The notes beneath the pieces were generated by a model that made no database searches, had not been told where the DNA came from, and saw only the letters and a program-made list of their open reading frames with translations. Below, one piece after another: positions 55,503 to 64,000 of a stretch of DNA of 64,000 bases. A program made the position numbers and the translations under genes. The first letter of the stretch is position 1, and the number at the start of each line of letters is the position of its first letter. This stretch comes from Cyanophora paradoxa CCMP329 (Eukaryota; Plantae; Glaucophyta). The stretch is from positions 1-64,000 of the forward strand of contig QPMI01000508.1 in assembly GCA_004431415.1 (NCBI GenBank), in the 5' to 3' direction.

Positions 55503-58500
55503 ATGGCTTCCTCCGCCGTGCTCGTCGGCCCCCACATCCTTTACTACAACGGAGCGATGTCCGCCGGCGGCAACATCATGGCGTTCAACACAGGTACGGC
55601 AGCCTTCCCGCCATCTTCTACGTACCGCGTGCGAAAGCGCATCTTCCGTAGAGACGGGGCGCTCCGTGTCTGTCAAGATCGATGTCTCGAGCCTGGCGGA
55701 GAAGCCGGTGCCAGCGGCCCGCCTGGATTACGGGATCTGCGCGGTCGGTGTGAACAAGATTTGTCTCTTTGGTGGCAAAGAGGTCATCACAGAGTCTGCC
55801 GATTGCCCGCCACGGGCCTCACGGCGCCGCAGGTCGGCGGAGCCGAGCGCCTGCTAAACGACATCTGGTTCCTCGAGCTGCGCTCCGCGGAGGATGGGGA
55901 AGGTGAATGGCCGCACTGCTTCCCCGGCTGCGTTCGGCCCTAATGTGGCGCGGCAGTGCACGGCTCGTGGTCGGAGGTGGGGAAGGAGAGCACGCGGGCG
56001 CACTGGCCGGCGACGCGCAGGCGGCACGCCATGGCGGCGCGCTTTGCGGAGCTCTTCGTGATCGGCGGCGAAACCAGCGAGGGCCCCGCTGACGGCCTCG
56101 ACTGCTGGAAGTTCGACCTCTGTGCGCGGCGCGCTGGGCGCGGGCCTCGCGGGGCCTGACGGGGCGGCAGCGACGAGCTCGTGGCAGCCGCTGTTCGCGG
56201 GGAAGGCGGCGAAGGGCCCGCTGGGGCGGCACTCGTTCTTCGCGGGCGTCGTGGGCGAGAACCTCTGGTGCATGGGGGGCCTCCCCACCGCCCCCGCCGA
56301 CGCCCCCGCCGCCCCCCCCGCCGCCCGATGCGATTCCCTCCTCTGCTTCAACCTCGGTCCGCCCCCGCCCCGCCCGGCCCTGCGGCGACCCGCCGACCGG
56401 GCGGGGGGGCGCAGTGCGGCGGGAGTGGACGGAGGTGCGGTGCTTCGGGGAGGGGGACAGGCTGCGGGAGGCGAGCGTGTGGGGCGTGTGCGAGCAGCAC
56501 ATCTGGGCGGTAGCGCCCGGGGCGGGGCCCGAGGCGTTCGCGGTGGATGCGGCCGGCGTGCTGGCGAGCGCGGAGCGGGAGGCGGAGCAGGCGGCTGCGA
56601 CGGTGCCCGACAAGGAGGACGACCCCGCCCTCCGCGGCCTCCGCCGCCGCAAGAAGGGCCCCGCCGACAAGGAGGAGCCGGCTCCCGACGAGGCCGCCGC
56701 CAAGCGCCGCCGCCGCACCCTCGACGAGGGCCACCTGGCCGTCAGAGGTCCGCCCCCGCCCCCGCCCCCGCCCCCGCCCCCGCGCGCGCGTGCGCAGCCG
56801 GCGGCGCGGGCTGACGGGGGCGGCAGCGGCGGTGGCGTGGTCGACGGTGCGGTGCTCGACGCACGCGGCGCTGCCGCCGCTGGTGCGGCTGCGGGCGGTC
56901 GCCTGCACGCCCGGCTGCGGCGTCGTCGCGGCGGCCGCCTCCTCCGAGGCCGGCCCCGAGGTCCACGTCCTCCCCAACTCGCCCCGTGCGCCCCCCGCCC
57001 CCGCTGCCCGCCCGCCGCGCCGGCGGCGGCCAACGGGGGCGGGGCGCAGTGCCGGGCGGGGCGGTGAACCCGTTCTCGGACGCGGACGCGCTGGCGGAGT
57101 ACCTGGGGAAGCAGGCGGAGGAGCTGCGGCCGCGCGGCGAGGGCGAGGACGGGGCAGGGCCGCTCGCGAGCGCCGGCTCGCACGACGCGGACGAGGCGCG
57201 CTCCGAGTTCTCGCTGGCGGTGACGAACTGGCCCAACTGCGGCTCCGAGTCGGGCCGCGTGACGCCCACGGACCTCGAGGAGGCCGACGGCCCCGCGGCC
57301 GCCCGCGGGAGCGCCGGCAGCTCGGGCGGGGGCGCCGGCGAGGTCCCCCGCGGCAGCCACGCGTCGGCGCCCGACGACGTCGCGATGTTCGACGTCCTGC
57401 AGCCCGAGGGGCCCGGGCGGCGCCAGCGGGGGCCGACGGGCCCGGCGCGCCGCTCGCGACGCCCGTGGCGCGGGCGAAGGCGGAGGCGGGGGAGGCGTCG
57501 CCGGGGCCGGCGGGGGCGGCGCTGGTGCCGGTGACGAGCCCCGAGGACTACCGGAAGGCGACGCAGTTCGCGTCGGCGCTGGCGGAGCACATCGCGGCGC
57601 TGCAGTCGATGCAGCCCGAGTTCGAGGGGGTCGGGGCGCGCATCGAGGGGGCGATGGCGGCCTTCGCCGCCCACCGCGACGCCCTGCAGGCGATCCAGCG
57701 CCGCATCGGCGAGCTCCAGTCGGGGGCGCTGGCGAGCCGGGCGGCGCTCGGGGGCATGCGGCTGGAGCTGCTCAAGGCCGAGGGGGCGGTCGAGACGGCC
57801 GTGCAGCGCGTGCTGCAGACGGAGGAGGCGGCGCTGCTGCCCGCCCTCGAGGAGGCCGTCGAGCACCGCCGCCGCCTCTACGACCAGGAGCTCGCCACCC
57901 TCGAGGAGCAGATGCGCCTCGCCCGCGACGAGGCCGACCAGTGGGGCGAGTACGCCGCCCTCTCCCACACCTACGCCGCCGGCGTCGGCCTCTCCCCCGC
58001 CGAGGTCGCCGCCGTCGAGTCCGACGCCGCCGCCGCCCCCCCGCCGGCGCCCCTCAAGCGGAGCGGGAGCGAGGGGAGCCTGGCCGGCGGGGCGGCGGAG
58101 GGCGGGGCCTCGATGGCGCTGGTGACGGCGTCGCCGGGGCCGTTCCGGGGCCTGGCGGGGGACGCGGAGCGCCTGGACGGGGAGATCGCGGGGCGCTCGC
58201 GGCGGTACGGGGCGCTCCAGGAGGACTTCCGCGCCACCTTTTCCTCGCTCTTCTCCGCGCTGCACTCGCGGGAGGGCCTCGCCGGGGGCGTCGCCGCCTG
58301 CTCCCGCGACCTCGAGGCGGCCCGCGGCGAGGAGGAGGCCGCCAAGGCCCTCCTCCAGGACTGGGCCCGCAAGCACCTCGCCCTCGCCTCCCGCGGCCGC
58401 GCCGACGCCCTCAAGTCCCAGGCAGACCTCGCCGCCTCCTGCCGTGCGCCCGCCCGCCCGCCCGCCGCCCGCCCCGCCACGCCCGGCCGGCGCCCCCGCC

Positions 58501-59347
58501 GACGGGTGGCGCGCAGAGAAGCTGCAGAAGCGGTCGGAGCACATGCGGGAGGTGGAGGGGCGGCGGGGCGACCCCGCCCTCCGCGAGTCCGACTGGGCCG
58601 TCCACGCCGCCGCCCACTCCCTCAACTGCCTCCGCTCCAAGAGTCCGCGCCCCCCGCGCCGCGCCGCGCCGCGCCGCCAGCCCCGCCGACCCGGCCCGCC
58701 TCCGCAGTCCACGAGCTGGAGCAGCAGCGGCGCGCCTCGCCGGTGCCCCTTCCCGCCCCGCCCCCCCCCCCCCCCCTCCCCCCTCCCTTTCCCCCGGCGG
58801 GGCTGACGGGGCGGGCCGGGGCAGGCGTACCGGCTTTTTCGCGACGTGCAGGAGCAGATTGAGGAGTGCCAGCGGCCCTCGAGGCCGCCCGCGCCCGGCG
58901 GGACGAGCTGCACGCGCCCCTCTCAAAGGTCCCCCCGCCCCGCCCCGCCCGCCCGCCCGCCCCGCGCCGGCCTCACGCGCCGCGGCAGCTCTGCGACCTC
59001 TTCCCCGAGGCCAAGCTGCCCCTCCACCGCTTCTACCGCCACATGCCCCCCGCCGACAGCTCCGCGTAGCCCCTCGACGCCGCCCTCGCCCGCCTCGTAC
59101 CCCCCTCGCCGCCGCCGCCGCCGCCGCCCGACGCCTCCTCGAGCGCAGCGGCCTCGCTGGGCGCCTCCCAGCGGTGCGCCGCGCACTGGCGGCGTGGCCC
59201 GGCGACGCGGCCGGGCAGGCCACCCTCGCCCTCGCCGCCATCGCCGCCCTCTTACTCCTCCTCCTCGCCGCTGTTGGCACAATCGTCCTCGCCACGGCCC
59301 TCCACCCTGAGGGCCACGCCGGCGCCACCCCGCCCCGCGATCTCTAG
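55503..59347 (+). CDS. Kelch-repeat plus coiled-coil protein with C-terminal transmembrane anchor (multi-exon)
   Basis: ICLFGG, LNDIWFL, LFVIGG and LWCMGG kelch motifs. Long Ala/Glu-rich helical exon. ATLALAAIAALLLLLLAAVGTIVL tail. GT-AG introns. Confidence 0.8.
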
Positions 59348-59549
59348 GCCGAGTGCATGCGCTCATATTCACAATTGCAAGCGTCTTCCCGCGCGGAATG
59401 TGAACAAGCGAGTTCCTGCAGAAGAATTGAGGTCCGGTCGCACTGACCGCTCTGTGGTTTCAAACGGGGTCCCGCGTCCCATAATCGCGCGCGGTTGCCG
59501 TAGTACCAAGGGGAGAGTGGGGGGGGAGAGTGGGGGGGGGGGGGGGAAG

Positions 59550-60884
59550 GGACCGGAGCACCTCGATATCAGTATTCGATGGCCCGACGCTGCGTGATAT
59601 CTATATCGATTTATCGATATCGCCCCCTCCACGCCCTGAGCGCGGCCGGCAGCTGGCGCCGGTGCCCGGCGGCCCGGAGGGGAGGAGCTCGTCTCGGACC
59701 TGTTCTCCCTCCCCCGCCTCCGGGTACGCGATCCCCCGCCGTCCCCGCCGCCCGTACCCCCCGAAACGACCCCAGGACCTCTCGCTGCGGATCTTCCCCG
59801 GGGTCTCCCTGTTGCGGGCTGTTGCGGGCGGTGGTGGCGCGAGGGTACAGCGCGCCGCGGCCCTCAAGGCGCTGGACGTCTCCTTCGCTAAGGCGCGGTA
59901 CCCCTCCCCGGGGGCCCGGGGCGCCGCGCTCATCCCCGCCCGCAGACGCCCCGCGACGCCGACGGCGGCGCCGCCGCAGCCGCGCTCGTCCGCGCCGCCC
60001 GCGGGTACCTCCGCAGCTGGCGCGGCCGCACCCTTTAATTTCATGATCACTACCCCTCCCGCCGGGCTCACGTACCCGGCATGCGCAGGTCGTGCAGCGT
60101 GCAGGCCTAGCTATAGGGGTACTGCGTGAGGGCGGAGGAGCTGGCGGCGCTCGCGGAGAGGGGCCTCCAGCTGCGGCGCGTGGAGGTGGCCCCGCGGCCC
60201 CCGCCCCCCCGACCTCGAGCCCCTCGAGCTCGCGATCGGCGTCCTCGCTCGATATATATAGTACCTTAGTACTAGTGCTAGTACCGATCGCGAATTCGAA
60301 TCGATATATATCTTTTCCGATCAAAGGAACGGCGAAAAGTCAGCATGCGCAGCGCTAGCTGCACAGCCTGAGTCAGCGCTCACTCGATCAGCAGCCTGGC
60401 CCAGGTATGTGAGCCCCAGGGGGGGGGGGGGGGGGGGGGGAGGGAGGGGTGCGGCCGCGCCAGCTGCGGAGGTACCCGCGGGCGGCGCGGACGAGCGCGG
60501 CTGCGGCGGCGCCCCCGGCCCCCGGGGAGGGGTACCGCGCCTTAGCGAAGGAGACGTCCAGCGCCTTGAGGGCCGCGGCGCGCTGTAACCCCGCGCCACC
60601 ACCGCCCGGCCCGCAACAGGGAGCTCGAGACCCCGGGGAAGATCCGCAGCGAGAGGGCCTGGGGTCGTTTCGGGGGGTACGGGCGGCGGGGACGGCGGGG
60701 GATCGCGTACCCGGAGGCGGGGGAGGGAGAACAGGTCCGAGACGAGCTCCTCCCCTCCGGGCCGCCGGGCACCGGCGCCAGCTGCCGGCCGCGCTCAGGG
60801 CGTGGAGGGGGCGATATCGATAAATCGATATAGATATCACGCAGCGTCGGGCCATCGAATACTGATATCGACGTGCTCCGGTCC
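59550..60884. repeat. Foldback-like long inverted repeat (~440-480-bp arms)
   Basis: 59550-60034 is near-identical to the reverse complement of 60446-60884, apart from a few indels. Confidence 0.9.
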
Positions 60885-61097
60885 GCTGCGCATGCATGCG
60901 CAGTGCTAGCTATAGTGCCCCTAGCCTATAGCCTGCGCATGCATGCGCAGCCTGCAGATTCAAGCTTCGATTCGCGAAACGGCGCGAATTCGAAGCCATC
61001 GAGCTCATGATCAGGCTATCGATATTTCATATGCACATGCACATGCATGCAGCCGCCCTCTGAATTTTACCATGTACCTGTACCCGGCCCTTCACTT

Positions 61098-61251
61098 TTT
61101 GACGTGTCGGTTCGCGGCTCCTGTTTGACGTGTCGGTTCGCGGCTCCTGTTTGACGTGTCGGTTCGCGGCTCCTGTTTGACGTGTCGGTTCGCGGCTCCT
61201 GTTTGACGTGTCGGTTCGCGGCTCCTGTTTGACGTGTCGGTTCGCGGCTCC
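61098..61251 (+). repeat. Perfect 26-bp tandem repeat x6 (TTTGACGTGTCGGTTCGCGGCTCCTG)
   Basis: Five full copies and one truncated copy, with no spacers. Confidence 0.95.
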
Positions 61252-61838
61252 GGTTCGCGGCGCGCGCGCGCGCCGCGCGCAGAGCAAGTCGGCTCAGACT
61301 CGGCTGGCGGAGTGTTTCGCAGAAGCCTCGGAAGCGCGCAGTGGCAGTACTTCCGCCGGCAGTTAGCCATGCATACGCTTCTCGTCCATCGGGCGCCAGC
61401 GACGCTAGCGGCGCCCGCTCGCCGGCGCCTAGGCCTAGGTCTAGGTCTAGGCCTAGGCCTAGGCCTGCGCATGCAATTGCAAGCGCAGCTGCATGCGCAG
61501 CTGCATCAGCAGCTGGAGCCGTCACATCGTACACGTGGTCTTGCAATTGCGATTGCGCATGCTCCGCGTACGCGTGCACAGCTCATCTCGTTCATGGATT
61601 CGTCGAACGGCGGCCGCGGCCGCGGGAATTCGAACATTCACATCCACTCGCCCCACATGCAAAGTGAAAGCCTAGCGATCGATTTCTGCAGCTGCGGTGC
61701 CGCGGCCGGCCGATCGTTGACGTGTACTACACGTCCGTACTCGACGTCGAGCGCAAACGTCGGCGATAGTGGCAACATCTCGGAACTCGAGGCAAGTACT
61801 ACTGCTATATACAGCTGCAGTCAGGATCGATATATATC

Positions 61839-62350
61839 ATGACCGTTCGATTTTTGGTCGTTCTGGGGCCGGGACTCGTTCAGCTTGCAGTTGACGCCCT
61901 ATCTAGATCTAGGCCTTGGCCTCCTGTTCGAGCTTGCCCCACGTTCATTCGAACGATCAAAATTAATGTAACATTTACAATTGCGATTCATGCAAGTTGC
62001 GCATGCGCAGAAAGCCGAGAAGAGACTTGCGGCGGCCGTCGACGGCAATGCTGACACGTACAACAAAGAGTGCGCCGGCCGGCTGTCCCTTGAGCTTGAC
62101 AAGTTGGGATCTCACGTTCTGCTAGCCTTCTGAAAGTCCGCTGGCGTCTCGCGAGTCTCTACCTTTGGAACAACCGCGAGAACGACTTCCACGCTGTCTG
62201 CGAGGTACTCAACATTCGATTTAATTGCCCCTTATCATCAAGTTGCCCCTTACGTTAAAGCATATGCGTGGCATTGCGTGCGCAGCGCATGGCGCCGCAC
62301 CTTGACCACATGGATGACGAGGCTCTTCTCAAGGCCTTTCCCGACGTGCG
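61839..62350 (+). CDS. Exons of an unknown host gene, paralogue of 47772-48170
   Basis: Shared peptide motifs and intron positions with the 47.8-48.2 kb region. Confidence 0.4.
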
Positions 62351-64000
62351 CCGCTTTAAATTTCATTTGGTTTAACATTTTGCAATTGAATGGTTTAACA
62401 TTTTTGCATGATCATGATCGTGATATTGCAGGGAGATCAAGTCTCGCCGTCGACGTCTAAGCCGGCCAGTTCGCAAGTGAGCATTTAATATTCTTATAAA
62501 CGTACGCGAGTACGTCACGTGCAATTGACGTCGACGATGCCATATGCATGCAGCGGCGGTCTATGCACGCAGCCGACCTCTTCCGCAACCTGAGCAAGCG
62601 CCGCTTGTGGGCGGAGGACCTCGAGGGGGCCCGCGCTGCGCTCGAGGTGCGCATTTCTTAAAGCTCAAGCCCTCGCGATCGATCGTGATTCGTGATCTAG
62701 AATATTTATATACTATGATAGCCCTCATGCAAGCTTCCTATGATTAATTCGAATTCGTGTGCGAATTTACAGCGCGGTGTTGTCCTTGAGCTCAAGCTTC
62801 GAAAGAAAATTCGCGAAAACGCGCGCGTGCAAGTCACGATTGAATTCGAAACAGAACCCTATATTCTTCGGCATCGACCTCTTTCGGACTTTGTCGGCAA
62901 TTGCAAGATCGTGCGCTGGAGGGTGCATGTGGAGACGCCTGAAGGAAACGTACTTCATAATGAGGTGGACCTCTCTATGAATTATTCTGTTGTCTTGCGC
63001 AAGCACGAACACTCTTCTAACATTGGAAATTTGAATGAACTGCATTTAACAGACCGGGTGGTATGCAAGAACACACTCGGCGCTGAAGCTGGAGTTGAAG
63101 GGAACTAATCACTCGAACGGCCACATCACTATCTGGGACCTGCAGCTGGCCATGCATGATATGGTCAGGATCCGTAACCCCCCCGGCCCGCGCGTGCCAC
63201 GAGTGCGATATGCGCAGGGCGCGTTGGCGCTGGTACCGCTCGCTGCGATCGGCCTGGCGCTTCTGGCCCCCTTAGTGCTCCTCTCCGGCGGCCTCGCGGG
63301 TGCATCCGCCTCGATCGCGAGCTCCGGCCGCGGCTCGAGCTCTCCTCCGCGCCGTGCCACAGTGCGCCTTTCTGAACTGCTTCGCTGCAGCCACGGTCAT
63401 CTTATTCGCCATCGGCCTCGGTCCGGATCCGCCCCGTAGGCCTACACGCCTGCCGCTTGAACTTCCCTCGACTCTTCCCGCGCCCTCCGCGCCCTCAACA
63501 GCCGTACCGCAGCAAGCTGGGCGCTGGTCTTCGGAGGGGGGCTCGCGATCTTGCTCCCTGTCACGGCCTGCGGCGTCCTCGCTGCCGGCGAGTCCATCGA
63601 TATCAGCGCCCCCCTTCGAAATTTAAATCTTCTCGCCGCACCCGCGCTGTGAACGTCATATTAATCGGACTGCGGGCTCGCAGGGGGCCTGGCAATGATC
63701 TTCGGAGGGGCGGCGCTGACGACGGCAGCGGGACTCGCGATCCCCGTCGCGGTATGCGGCGTTCTCGCTGCTCTAGTCAAGGTCCGCCCTCCCTCTCGCC
63801 CCGCGCAGCACGCGGGGCCAGCTGTTCATGCAGCACGACCGACCGCGTGCGGACGCAGGGCTTGTACCGCACGCGGCTGCAGAGCGTGATCCGCCGCTTT
63901 CGCACCAAGTACTAGTTTTCAAGTTTCAGACGATCGCGACGCCTAACGCCAGCGTTGAGCTGGTCGCGTCGAGCTGCAGCTGACGTCTGGCTCATGATCA

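Noticed and set aside
49158-59372. Very long Pro/Arg/Gly/Ala-rich ORFs in many frames
   Set aside because: Artefacts of extreme GC content and stop-poor introns. The real genes are spliced.
61098-61251. CRISPR array
   Set aside because: Perfect tandem repeat with no spacers.
26734-64000. Identifying the host species; tRNA/rRNA genes
   Set aside because: No diagnostic marker or recognisable structural RNA gene was seen.

Overview
The window has two very different halves. Bases 1-~26,733 are an AT-rich, intronless cluster of Polinton/Maverick-like (PLV-related) modules. It holds three RVE integrases, one Maverick-type protein-primed PolB, and two copies of a divergent PolB-SF1 helicase-HNH fusion. 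It also holds two S-adenosylmethionine decarboxylase-like genes, a patatin-discoidin fusion and a cassette of phage-like fibre genes, but no recognisable capsid, packaging ATPase or protease. Repeat- and hairpin-rich non-coding blocks with shared motifs separate the modules, and the cluster ends at a perfect 29-bp hairpin whose loop carries three GCGAAGC mini-hairpins. Several inspected ORF breaks in this half are single-base deletions in short homopolymers, so they may be sequencing errors. Bases ~26,734-64,000 are very GC-rich, intron-dense eukaryotic host DNA, probably from a protist. It contains a ~2-kb duplication, rhomboid, SppA, trypsin-like protease, Ig-like membrane and kelch/coiled-coil genes, a 5'-truncated poly(A) retroelement with a 15-bp TSD, a foldback repeat and minisatellites. 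Family assignments come from motif recognition by eye, with no database searches. Host gene boundaries are approximate.
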